From positions 1 to 64,000 of the forward strand of contig CALFVT010000020.1 of assembly GCA_937928165.1 (NCBI GenBank): a stretch of DNA of 64,000 nucleotides. Direction: 5' to 3'. The position numbers and the translations under genes are program-made. Positions 10,523-19,591 of the stretch are shown piece after piece (the stretch's first letter is position 1; each line of letters opens with the position of its first letter). The notes under the pieces are model-generated. The model saw nothing but the letters and a program-made list of their open reading frames with translations. It had not been told where the DNA came from and made no database searches. This stretch comes from an uncultured Caulobacterales bacterium (GTDB taxonomy: Bacteria > Pseudomonadota > Alphaproteobacteria > Caulobacterales > Maricaulaceae).

Positions 10523-11158
10523 ATGACCAATTGGGACGAAAATAAAGTCATGATGGCATTTACTGTTGATCAGGCATCTAGGTTAAGCGGCTTAAGTCGG
10601 AACCAGTTATCCTCTTGGGACAGATCTGGCTTCTTTAATCCAAGCTATTCTGATGAAAACAAAAGACTATCGTATAGTCGAATTTACACTTTTCGCGATA
10701 TAGCTTGCTTAAGAATACTTCATGTACTGCGTAATGAATCAAGGGTTAAACTTGGAGATTTACGCGAAGTGAAAGATAAACTTTCTCATCTTGGTAATGA
10801 TTCATGGTTGAAAACCACCCTTTACGTACTTAACAGAAAAGTTATTTTTGACAGTCCTGACGGCAAAGGCAAAGAAGAAATTCTTACTGGTCAAGGTATA
10901 GTAAATATACCCTTGAGAGTAGTTACCGGTCAACTCGAAAGAAAAGTCAAAGAGATGAAAAAACGTAATCCTAAATCAATAGGCGAAATTGATTATTCAC
11001 GTAAGGATCGCCCAACCATCTCTGGAACTCGTGTGACTGTCGCAGCTATCCAATCATTTCATGGTGCAGGTTATTCTGTAGAACAGATACTACAAGAATA
11101 CCCTTCATTAAGCATAAAAGATATTCAGGCTGCAATAGCGTTTGAAAGCGCCGCTTAA
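10523..11158 (+). CDS. MerR-type HTH :: DUF433 fusion protein (putative antitoxin or regulator)
   Basis: N-terminal FTVDQASRLSGLSRNQLSSWDRSGFFNP is a MerR-like HTH. C-terminal ISGTRVTVAAIQSFHGAGYSVEQILQEYPSLSIKDIQAAIAF fits the DUF433 consensus. Gene is low-GC. Confidence 0.6.
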   Translation: MTNWDENKVMMAFTVDQASRLSGLSRNQLSSWDRSGFFNPSYSDENKRLSYSRIYTFRDIACLRILHVLRNESRVKLGDLREVKDKLSHLGNDSWLKTTLYVLNRKVIFDSPDGKGKEEILTGQGIVNIPLRVVTGQLERKVKEMKKRNPKSIGEIDYSRKDRPTISGTRVTVAAIQSFHGAGYSVEQILQEYPSLSIKDIQAAIAFESAA

Positions 11159-11176
11159 TAAAGGATTGTTCAATAA

Positions 11177-11545
11177 GTGTTGAGGCTCTTTCTAGATGCA
11201 AATGTAGCAATGGCCGTAGGCAAAGCATTCGAAAACGCTGGGCACTTTGTAATCCATGCGACTGAGGCTCTTCCTGAAGCCTCACCAGACACAATGGTTT
11301 GTCAAACAGCAAAAGCAAACGATTGCATAGTAGTCGCACACGACAAAGATATGAAATCCATGAGTCAGAAAGATCGGTTTTCTGATTTAGACTTCATCTT
11401 GCTGTATTGTAATGAGGTAATGGCGTCAAAGCGTGTAACTCACTTAATGCCAACCATACATCACGAAGCAAAACAGTGTAGATTGAAAAAGGCTCGACGA
11501 ATGTTTTTTGAAATACACAACCATGCCTTTCGAGGACACAGGTAG
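11177..11545 (+). CDS. DUF5615-family PIN-like protein (putative toxin partner of DUF433)
   Basis: GTG start. LFLDANVAMAVGKAFENAGHFVIHATE...IVVAHDKDM resembles the DUF5615/Mut7-C PIN-like fold with acidic residues. Lies 18 bp downstream of the DUF433 gene. Confidence 0.5.
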   Translation: MLRLFLDANVAMAVGKAFENAGHFVIHATEALPEASPDTMVCQTAKANDCIVVAHDKDMKSMSQKDRFSDLDFILLYCNEVMASKRVTHLMPTIHHEAKQCRLKKARRMFFEIHNHAFRGHR

Positions 11546-11606
11546 TTAATTCACCTCTTTAGCACAAATAAGCTCAAACAGACCAAAATAACTTCTCCTA
11601 CCCAAC

Positions 11607-14243
11607 CTAATAATTCAAAATCGGCGCGAGCCATCTCTCTACATCCGCTAAGTCCATATCTTTGCGCGCAGTATAGTCTTTGACTTGGTCTTTTTCGATT
11701 TTTCCGACGCCAAAATAAACACTGTCCGGGTGGCTGAAATAGAGGCCCGAGACGGAGCTGGCGGGGTGCATGGCGAAGCTTTGGGTGAGCGTGACGCCCG
11801 CCGCTTCGGTGGCGTCCAAAATGCGGAATAGAGCGGCTTTTTCTGTGTGGTCAGGCTGGGCGGGGTAGCCGGGCGCGGGGCGAATGCCTGCATATTTCTC
11901 CGCAATTAGATCATCCCCGACTGCCGTTTCATCCGGCGCATAACCCCAAAATTCCATGCGCACGCGCTTATGCATATGTTCCGCAAAAGCTTCGGCAAGG
12001 CGGTCTGTGAGCGCTTGGAACAAGATCGCGTTATAATCATCGCCTGCCTCTTTAAAGCCCTGCGCGCGGCCCGCTTCACCAAGGCCTGCCGTGACGCAAA
12101 ACCCGCCAATATAATCCCCATTCGGAGACACATAATCCGATAGACAATAATTCGGTCGCCCCTTGCCGCTTTTGTCAATCTGCTGCCGTAGCCCGTGGAA
12201 CATCGTAAGCTCTTCACTACGGCTCTCATCGGTAAAGACGCGGATATCGTCCCCATTTTGCTCGCACGGCCAAAAGCCGATCACCGCGCGGGCTTCAACC
12301 CAGTTCTCCGATATAATTTTATCGAGCATGGCATTAGCATCATAGAATAAATCCCGCGCTGCTTCACCATAAGCCTCGGATTCTAAAATGGCGGGATAGC
12401 GCCCTTTCAGCTCCCATGTGGCGAAAAACGGCGTCCAGTCAATGAAGTCCCGCAAAGCTGCCAGATCATAATTAACGAAATTCTTTGTTCCCAAAAAGCT
12501 CGGGCGCGGCGGGGTATAACTTGCCCAATCCGTTGTCCACGCATTGTCTCTGGCGGCCTCTAGGCTGACGCGGGATTTCTTGGACTGTCCGGCAAAATGC
12601 GCTTTGCGGGCTTTGACATATTCGTCTTTAATCTTCCCCGTATAGCTATCTTTGTCATCCCCTAAGAGCGCTCCAACAACGCCGACCGCGCGGGAGGCAT
12701 CGGTCACATAAACCGTTGCGTCCGCTTGATAGGCCGGTTCAATTTTTACTGCCGTATGGGTTTTCGACGTGGTCGCCCCGCCAATTAACAGCGGGATATC
12801 AAAACCAAGGCGCTGCATTTCTTGGCCGACAAAGACCATCTCATCAAGGCTCGGCGTAATCAGTCCCGAAAGACCGATCATATCAACATTATGAGCCTTG
12901 GCTTCTGCGAGGATTTTCTCGGCGGGAACCATCACCCCAAGGTCGACAATATCATAGCCATTACATTGCAGCACAACCCCGACAATATTTTTACCAATAT
13001 CATGCACGTCGCCTTTAACCGTCGCCATGAGGATTTTACCATTGCTCTGCCCAGCGGTGCCAAGCTCTTCTTTCTCGGCTTCCATATAGGGCATGAGGTG
13101 AGCGACTGCGGCTTTCATGACGCGGGCGGATTTCACTACTTGCGGGAGGAACATTTTGCCAGAGCCAAATAAATCACCGACCACATTCATCCCGTCCATC
13201 AACGGGCCTTCGATCACATGCAGCGGGCGCTCTGACCCTTGGCGAGCCTCTTCTGTATCTTTGACAATAAATTCCGTAATTCCGCGCACAAGGGCATGTT
13301 CCAGCCGTTTCGAGACGGGCGCATCACGCCATTTCGTATCACTCACTTGCGCTTTGACTTTACCGTCCCCGCGGTATTTTTCCGCCACATCTAAAAGGCG
13401 GTCGGTGGCGTCTGCGCGACGGTTTAAGATCACATCTTCAACCCGCTCCCGCAGCTCTTTGGGGATATCATCATAAATCGTCAGCTGCCCTGCATTAACA
13501 ATCGCCATATCAAGTCCCGCTGGAATGGCGTGATAAAGAAACACACTATGCATGGCTTCGCGCACAGGGTTGTTGCCGCGAAAAGCAAAGCTTACATTGG
13601 ATAATCCACCGGAAATCCTCGCATGGGGCAGATTGGCTTTAATCCGCTTACAGGCGTTAAAAAAGGCGACGGCGTAATCATTATGCTCTTCAATCCCTGT
13701 GGCCACCGCAAAGATGTTTGGATCAAAAATAATATCTTCCGGCGGGAAGCCAACTTTATCCACCAAGAGGTTATAAGCCCGTTCACAGATTTCAAATTTA
13801 TGATCGGCGGTTTCCGCTTGGCCCTGTTCGTCAAAGGCCATAATCACTGTCGCCGCCCCGTAATCGCGCAGCTTTCGGGCTTGCTCAAGAAAGGGCTCTT
13901 CGCCTTCTTTGAGGGAGATCGAATTGACAACAGATTTACCCTGAACGCATTTAAGGCCCGCTTCGATGACGCTCCATTTAGAGCTGTCAATCATGATCGG
14001 TACGCGGGAGATATCCGGCTCCGAAGCGAGGAGCTGTAAGAAGCGAGTCATCGCCGCCTCCCCGTCAATCAAGCCGTCATCCATGTTAATATCAATGATT
14101 TGCGCGCCGCTTTCAACCTGCTGCCGCGCTACAGCCAAAGCTTTGTCAAAATCACCATTAACGATAAGCTTTTTAAACCGCGCAGAGCCGGCCACATTGG
14201 TACGCTCACCAATATTGATGAACTGCGTTGTTGATGTGTTCAT
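11607..14243 (-). CDS. metH: Methionine synthase, pterin-binding / B12-binding / AdoMet-activation domains (split MetH, large part)
   Basis: 878-aa ORF with pterin-binding, cobalamin-binding ([10 protein letters not shown]) and reactivation domains. Confidence 0.9.
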   Translation of the reverse strand: MNTSTTQFINIGERTNVAGSARFKKLIVNGDFDKALAVARQQVESGAQIIDINMDDGLIDGEAAMTRFLQLLASEPDISRVPIMIDSSKWSVIEAGLKCVQGKSVVNSISLKEGEEPFLEQARKLRDYGAATVIMAFDEQGQAETADHKFEICERAYNLLVDKVGFPPEDIIFDPNIFAVATGIEEHNDYAVAFFNACKRIKANLPHARISGGLSNVSFAFRGNNPVREAMHSVFLYHAIPAGLDMAIVNAGQLTIYDDIPKELRERVEDVILNRRADATDRLLDVAEKYRGDGKVKAQVSDTKWRDAPVSKRLEHALVRGITEFIVKDTEEARQGSERPLHVIEGPLMDGMNVVGDLFGSGKMFLPQVVKSARVMKAAVAHLMPYMEAEKEELGTAGQSNGKILMATVKGDVHDIGKNIVGVVLQCNGYDIVDLGVMVPAEKILAEAKAHNVDMIGLSGLITPSLDEMVFVGQEMQRLGFDIPLLIGGATTSKTHTAVKIEPAYQADATVYVTDASRAVGVVGALLGDDKDSYTGKIKDEYVKARKAHFAGQSKKSRVSLEAARDNAWTTDWASYTPPRPSFLGTKNFVNYDLAALRDFIDWTPFFATWELKGRYPAILESEAYGEAARDLFYDANAMLDKIISENWVEARAVIGFWPCEQNGDDIRVFTDESRSEELTMFHGLRQQIDKSGKGRPNYCLSDYVSPNGDYIGGFCVTAGLGEAGRAQGFKEAGDDYNAILFQALTDRLAEAFAEHMHKRVRMEFWGYAPDETAVGDDLIAEKYAGIRPAPGYPAQPDHTEKAALFRILDATEAAGVTLTQSFAMHPASSVSGLYFSHPDSVYFGVGKIEKDQVKDYTARKDMDLADVERWLAPILNY

Positions 14244-14246
14244 GAT

Positions 14247-15302
14247 TTATACCGCTATATCAAAGGGCTCTAGGCCAGCGAGACGAAGCGTGGGTTTTAT
14301 CTCCGGTAATGCACGCGGCGTACCTTTTTGCGCATAGGCCGCAATGGCTTTAATATGGGCGGGGGTACTGCCGCAGCACCCGCCAAGGATATTGACAAAG
14401 CGGTTATCAATCCAGTCTGATAAATGCCCGCTCATATCCGCAGGGGTTTCATCATATTCACCAAAGGCATTGGGCAGGCCCGCATTGGGGAAAGCAATGA
14501 TATGGGCCGGGGCCGCCTTAGACAGCGCCGCAATATGGGGCCGCATTTCCTCTGCGCCGAGCGCACAGTTCAGTCCTACCGCAAAAGGGCGCGCATGGGC
14601 AATAGACAGCCAAAAGGCTTCGGCGGTTTGTCCTGATAGCGTGCGGCCCGAGCGGTCTGTAATCGTGCCCGAAATTAAAATAGGCCGTTCATAACCGACC
14701 TCTTGGAACACATTGCGCGCGGCCATAATGGCGGCTTTACAATTCAGTGTATCAAAGACCGTCTCAATTAATAGGGCATCCACAAGATCAATCATCGCGT
14801 GGATTTGTCCTTCATAAGACTGGCGCACATCATCAAAACTGACATCACGAAAGCCGGGGTCTTCAACTTTGGGTGAAATCGATAATGTTTTATTCATCGG
14901 CCCAATAGAGGCTAATACGGCGCGGGGCTTTTCCGGTGTTTTGGCGCTCCATTCATCGGCGCAATCACGCGCAATTTGTGCCGAGGTTCGCGCAATTTCC
15001 GGCGCAAGGTCTTGCATGTCGTAATCGGCCTGTGAAATGGAAGTGGCGTTAAAACTATTAGTCTCAATAAGGTCAGCGCCTACCTCTAAAAACCCATTAT
15101 GAACCGCCGCAACCGCTTCAGGTTTGGTCAGGCATAGAAGGTCATTATTACCTTTCAAAGGCGAGGGCCAATCCACAAACCGCGCCCCGCGAAAATCCGC
15201 TTCCCCTAAGCTGAGCTGTTGAAGCATTGTCCCCATGGCTCCGTCGAGCATGATAATGCGCTCGCCAATAGCGGTTTCAATCTGCGTCCAGACTTTCGTC
15301 AT
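14247..15302 (-). CDS. Methionine synthase homocysteine S-methyltransferase domain protein (split MetH, N-terminal part)
   Basis: 351-aa Hcy-binding domain with a GGCCGSTP zinc site. Sits 3 nt upstream of the large metH ORF. Confidence 0.85.
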   Translation of the reverse strand: MTKVWTQIETAIGERIIMLDGAMGTMLQQLSLGEADFRGARFVDWPSPLKGNNDLLCLTKPEAVAAVHNGFLEVGADLIETNSFNATSISQADYDMQDLAPEIARTSAQIARDCADEWSAKTPEKPRAVLASIGPMNKTLSISPKVEDPGFRDVSFDDVRQSYEGQIHAMIDLVDALLIETVFDTLNCKAAIMAARNVFQEVGYERPILISGTITDRSGRTLSGQTAEAFWLSIAHARPFAVGLNCALGAEEMRPHIAALSKAAPAHIIAFPNAGLPNAFGEYDETPADMSGHLSDWIDNRFVNILGGCCGSTPAHIKAIAAYAQKGTPRALPEIKPTLRLAGLEPFDIAV

Positions 15303-15311
15303 ATCAAAATC

Positions 15312-16244
15312 CTAAGCCTTCATGCGGGAATGTAATCCCAAGACACGGCCAACCGCATAGGCCAAATCGGCACGGTTCAGGGTGTAAAGATGGAAATGGC
15401 GCACACCGCGATCAAATAATTCCGCCGTTAATTCAGATGCTAATGACGCAGTTAAAAGCTGCTGCGTTTCCGGGTCTTTATCCAGCCCGTCAAAGAGGTC
15501 CGCATACCAATCCGGCACATTCACGCCGCACATACCTGACATGTTCTTTAGGCCTTTAAAATTCGGCTGGAGCATTAACCCCGGCACAACCGGAATATCA
15601 ATGCCCGCATCCAAAACACGATCAAGATAGCGCATAAAGGTATCAGGAGAGAAGAAAAACTGGGTGATCGCCCGGCTTGCGCCCGCGTCGACTTTCTTTT
15701 TCAAATTATCAATTTCCACTTGCCAATTCGCACTTTCGGGATGGCGCTCTGGATAGGCCGAAACCGACACTTCAAAGTCATGAAAGCTTTTAAGGCCAGC
15801 CACAAGATCACAGCTATAGGCAAAACCACCCTCAGTCGGCTCATAGCTTGTATCAATCCCGGCCGGCGGGTCACCGCGTAGGGCCACAATATGGCGCACG
15901 CCATTATCCCAATAGGCATCGGCAATCTCTTTAATCTCCGCGCGGTCAGACCCAACACATGTCAGGTGAGCTGCTGGTTTAAGGCAGGTTTCCTTAGCCA
16001 TGCGCGTAACGGTTCTATGGGTACGTTCTCGGGTGGAGCCCCCTGCCCCGTAAGTTACAGACACAAAGTCAGGCTGTAGGGGCTCGAGCTTTTTTATGGA
16101 CATCCAAAGCCGCTCTTCCATCGCTTCATTTTTAGGCGGGAAAAATTCAAACGACACATGTACGCCGTCACAAGGCGCGCCCGCGGTACGGGCAACAGGG
16201 CCGAGACTTTTATCAGAAAACCCGCGTTTCATCAGCGCTCTCAT
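15312..16244 (-). CDS. metF: 5,10-methylenetetrahydrofolate reductase
   Basis: MTHFR TIM-barrel motifs (FEFFPPK, VTYGAGGS). Confidence 0.9.
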   Translation of the reverse strand: MRALMKRGFSDKSLGPVARTAGAPCDGVHVSFEFFPPKNEAMEERLWMSIKKLEPLQPDFVSVTYGAGGSTRERTHRTVTRMAKETCLKPAAHLTCVGSDRAEIKEIADAYWDNGVRHIVALRGDPPAGIDTSYEPTEGGFAYSCDLVAGLKSFHDFEVSVSAYPERHPESANWQVEIDNLKKKVDAGASRAITQFFFSPDTFMRYLDRVLDAGIDIPVVPGLMLQPNFKGLKNMSGMCGVNVPDWYADLFDGLDKDPETQQLLTASLASELTAELFDRGVRHFHLYTLNRADLAYAVGRVLGLHSRMKA

Positions 16245-17224
16245 GAGATCGCTCCCTTAAGATCATATATATGCTTTACGCCCCGCCAAAGCTTAACATC
16301 CGGATAGCTAGAACGGGTCTTCACAATACGGGTCTCTACGAGGGTAAGATTATGAATTTTCAGCAGGCTTTGCATGTCTTCATCAGAAAAGCCTAAACGG
16401 CGATGGGCAAAGCGCTCCCTGAAGTCTTCAAAATCATGGGCTGCAAAATCAATAATAATAAGCTGCCCACCCTCGGTTAAAAGGCGGGCCGCTTCGCGGA
16501 TAGCGCCGTCTGGCCGTTCAAGATAATGCAAGACTTGATGTAAGGTCACCACATTAGCGAGAGCGGATTTAAGGTTTGTGTTATGCAAATCTCCTTGCTG
16601 CACACGCAAATGAGGATGGGCGGCTAGGCTAAGGCTATGGCGGGCAACCGAAAGCATATCACGGTTATTATCAATTCCGATGCCAGTCGTGATTTTATCG
16701 GACAACACGTTTAAAACGCGGCCAGACCCCGTCCCCAAATCAATTAACATCTCATACGGGCCGCTGCTTAGCATATCGCAAAGCTCTGCATCTATATCCT
16801 CTCGGGGCAGATATTCGATGCCGAGTTGGTTCTCATCATTAGAAGCCTGCGCGAAAAAGGCATTCGCCGCATCGGCGCGAACAGATTTAATCTCATCAAG
16901 ACGGCGTTTATCAGCCCGTAAAACCGTATCATCACCCGGAAGCTGCGATAATACGGCCGTGACAAGTGCCCATAATTTGGGGTCATTACGGCGCAAGCGG
17001 GAAAACACCCAGCTTCCCTCCTTAAACCGTTCAATTACCTGAGCTTTTTCAAGTGCATTAATATATTGTGTCACCCGCGGTTGGCTTAGGCCTAAAACCT
17101 GCGTAATCTCGCTGACAGTAAAATCACCCTGTAATAACAGGGCCATAATCCGCAAACGGTCTGGGTGACCAAGGGTCTTTAAAAAACTTGCAAGCGATTC
17201 CATGGCTATCTTATATAGACCCAT
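16241..17224 (-). CDS. ArsR-family HTH fused to SAM-dependent methyltransferase domain (regulator of the met genes)
   Basis: N-terminal ArsR-like HTH (LGHPDRLRIMALL). C-terminal class-I methyltransferase motif LIDLGTGSG. Overlaps the metF start by 4 nt. Confidence 0.7.
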   Translation of the reverse strand: MGLYKIAMESLASFLKTLGHPDRLRIMALLLQGDFTVSEITQVLGLSQPRVTQYINALEKAQVIERFKEGSWVFSRLRRNDPKLWALVTAVLSQLPGDDTVLRADKRRLDEIKSVRADAANAFFAQASNDENQLGIEYLPREDIDAELCDMLSSGPYEMLIDLGTGSGRVLNVLSDKITTGIGIDNNRDMLSVARHSLSLAAHPHLRVQQGDLHNTNLKSALANVVTLHQVLHYLERPDGAIREAARLLTEGGQLIIIDFAAHDFEDFRERFAHRRLGFSDEDMQSLLKIHNLTLVETRIVKTRSSYPDVKLWRGVKHIYDLKGAIS

Positions 17225-17280
17225 AAAACCAAAGTATATAAAAAAATTCTTATATCTTTATTTATTTACATGCAAGGTAT

Positions 17281-17310
17281 AAACCGCCCCCAATAAATGG
17301 AGGCGGCCTT
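17281..17310 (-). terminator. Putative rho-independent terminator after the SPFH gene
   Basis: On the minus strand, ggccgcctccatttattgggggcgg forms a hairpin followed by tttata. Confidence 0.35.
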
Positions 17311-17314
17311 TAGG

Positions 17315-18457
17315 TTATGATTTCGGCGCAAGGGAAACAATGTCGTCCAAAAGCCCTTTTGTTCCGCTATGTACCGTAAGTGTGCCGATTTTATCAGCAA
17401 TCACTTCTAGGGCTTCAAGCTCTTTAAGCCGAAGCATGGCTGGATTATCTGCCATGACTTTCGCCGTATTTAAAAGCGAGCGCGTCGCCGCCGTTTCCTC
17501 GCGCCGGCGAATGACATTGGCCTCGGCTTCTTTTTGCGCGGTGACAACTGTGTTCAAGATGTCGCGCATATCCCCTGGCAAAATCACATCTTTCAATGTA
17601 ATCGCCGCAACGGAAAGCCCTGCTTTAGCTATAGACGCTTTGACAGCCTTAGAGGCTTCATCATCAACAACGCCTTTTTTCGCCAAAACCTCATCCAAAG
17701 TTTTCGCCGATAAGCTTTTGCGAAACGCATGAGCCAAGGCCCGGTACAGGGTATCTTCGAAGTTTTTCACCTCTGTCACCGCTTTGACTGGATCTACAAC
17801 CCGGTAGGTTGCAGTCAAGTTCACGCGGATAGACACACGGTCTTGGGTCAAAAGCTCTTGGCCGATCACATCAAGTGCGTGCTCGCGCACATCAATATTT
17901 TTCACCATAATCACATGACCATGGCTCCAAAATGTATGCGCGCCCGGGTTAAGCTCGCCTTGAAACGCGCCGTCAACATAAAGCAGGCCGATATGGCCAT
18001 GCTCAACCTTGAAACGCTTTACGACCTCTGTGTTCATTTGCATAAGGCGGCGCGACATGTCATCTGGGACAATAAGATCATCCCCAAATTTGATGCGCTC
18101 CACCGTCCAAGGACCGGCATCCGTCAAAAACACCTCGCGCTTCTCTGGACGCATAGCCGCAAACAACCGCTTATCACGAAAGAGCAAAGCAATCTCGTCA
18201 TCCGCCGTTTCAATAATGGTCAAATGCGGGGCCAAAGCCTCCCGATGGTTACGCAAGAGCGTATCCAATAGGTCATGCTTAAACCGTAAATTCGCCAAAG
18301 AGACGCTATCCACTTTATATCCACCGCGCAGGCTATTTATAAGATGAGTGCCCGGCGTTAAAACCTTTTGGAACAACCCATGGCGGAACAAGAGGCCCCG
18401 CTCGCCTTCTGCGATCCGAACCCGCGTTCGAAACAATCCTCGTGTCATTTTTGTCAT
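17315..18457 (-). CDS. SPFH/band-7 (slipin-like) family protein
   Basis: Likely start is the Met at 18457, which has AAGGAG 7 nt upstream; the annotated ORF extends further to 18580. Contains a band-7 domain and a C-terminal coiled-coil. Confidence 0.75.
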   Translation of the reverse strand: MTKMTRGLFRTRVRIAEGERGLLFRHGLFQKVLTPGTHLINSLRGGYKVDSVSLANLRFKHDLLDTLLRNHREALAPHLTIIETADDEIALLFRDKRLFAAMRPEKREVFLTDAGPWTVERIKFGDDLIVPDDMSRRLMQMNTEVVKRFKVEHGHIGLLYVDGAFQGELNPGAHTFWSHGHVIMVKNIDVREHALDVIGQELLTQDRVSIRVNLTATYRVVDPVKAVTEVKNFEDTLYRALAHAFRKSLSAKTLDEVLAKKGVVDDEASKAVKASIAKAGLSVAAITLKDVILPGDMRDILNTVVTAQKEAEANVIRRREETAATRSLLNTAKVMADNPAMLRLKELEALEVIADKIGTLTVHSGTKGLLDDIVSLAPKS

Positions 18458-18892
18458 AGCAATCTCCTTTTCGTCTATATCAAATGACGTCCTTTCATGA
18501 TGGCTCTGTGCACCGCGTTTAATGCCCATCGCCGCTGCGTTGTAGCGGACAGAGCCGCTGGGTTTGGTTTCCGCCCTCATGGCCGAAACATCTTAAATTC
18601 TTGCAGCAAACCGGATGGACGCTGACGCATATTTCGCGGAAAAATCGGTAGGGACAATAAAGAAGAGGCAAAGATCAAACACAGACACACCCATTGCGCC
18701 TTTCCCCACAAAAGCGCCTTGGCCGTCTTATGTCCGAACCTATTGCGTCCTAAATTGGCGCACCGGTTTTCGGCTCAATATGTAAAAGATCACAAATTCC
18801 GCGCCCCATTGCGAAGGTTCATAATCTTTGGCATCCATCCCGAATGCCTTAATGGTGACGATATAATCGCCGGAGCGTTTCGTAGACGCAGG

Positions 18893-18966
18893 TTGAATAG
18901 GAGGAATTGAACCTCCGACAGCAAGATTAAGAGTCTTGTGCTCTAACCAACTGAGCTATATTCAAA
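18893..18966 (-). tRNA. tRNA-Lys(CUU)-like gene with non-canonical acceptor stem (possible pseudogene)
   Basis: Minus strand reads TAGCTCAGTTGGTTAGAGC (D-arm), CAAGA-CTCTTAA-TCTTG (anticodon CTT) and GGAGG-TTCAATT-CCTCC (T-arm). The acceptor strands TTTGAAA and CTATTCAA pair poorly; there is no 5' G and no encoded CCA. Confidence 0.45.
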
Positions 18967-19046
18967 ATTTGAGACAGGAATCGAACCTGCACACCCATGT
19001 GGGTATCGTATCTAAAACGATTGCCTTACCATTTGGCGACTCAAGA
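18967..19046 (-). tRNA. Type-II tRNA-Leu(UAG)-like gene with eroded acceptor stem (possible pseudogene)
   Basis: Minus strand reads GCC-AAATGGTAA-GGC (3-bp D-stem), ATCGT-TTTAGAT-ACGAT (anticodon TAG), a long variable arm ACCCACATGGGTGT, and GCAGG-TTCGATT-CCTGT. Acceptor pairs 1-2 are mismatched and there is no CCA. It abuts the Lys-like tRNA with no spacer. Confidence 0.45.
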
Positions 19047-19285
19047 CCGATTTCTAAAACTGTAGGTTTGGCATACGCTAAATCAAAGACCCGCGCACCG
19101 GATGGCCGATCAAACCATGCCGCTAAACTCTACCGTTCTTGAAAACGGAGGCGGCGTTTAGGCGCAGGAAAATTTAAATACAAGAGAAAAAATGAAAAAA
19201 TAAACTAAAGCCAAAAACTGTGGCTTTTACGCACTATGCAGTTTGTTGCAGGCTAGCCCCGCCAAAGACCCGCAATTAAACGGCC

Positions 19286-19591
19286 CTAATCAAACATCTC
19301 ATAATGCAAAGCGCAATCATCCCACCGCGTTAACACGGCGCGGGCGATATCGGGGACATGGGCGCGTTCATAGTCATCCCCTGCAAAAGCGCGAATATCG
19401 TCAAGGCTATTAAACCACATGATTGTCGTAAATTCGACCTCACCGCCCACATCACGGCGCATGGATTCAATCTTGCGAAACCCTGTAATATTATAGCCCT
19501 TTATCATCGGGATCACCTGCGTCGTCAGAACGTCCTGATAGTCTTGCGCTTTATCGGGCGCCGTCCAGCCGCGCCAAATTCTGATAATCAC
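19286..19591 (-). CDS. Small conserved hypothetical protein (possible ABM/Dabb-like alpha+beta barrel)
   Basis: 101-aa ORF overlapping the ettA stop by 4 nt. No firm family assignment. Confidence 0.4.
   Translation of the reverse strand: MIIRIWRGWTAPDKAQDYQDVLTTQVIPMIKGYNITGFRKIESMRRDVGGEVEFTTIMWFNSLDDIRAFAGDDYERAHVPDIARAVLTRWDDCALHYEMFD

Noticed and set aside
17729-18347. Plus-strand ORFs of 180 and 112 aa opposite the SPFH gene.
   Set aside because: Antisense to the conserved band-7 domain. The N-terminal extension of the SPFH ORF was also trimmed to the Met with a strong RBS.
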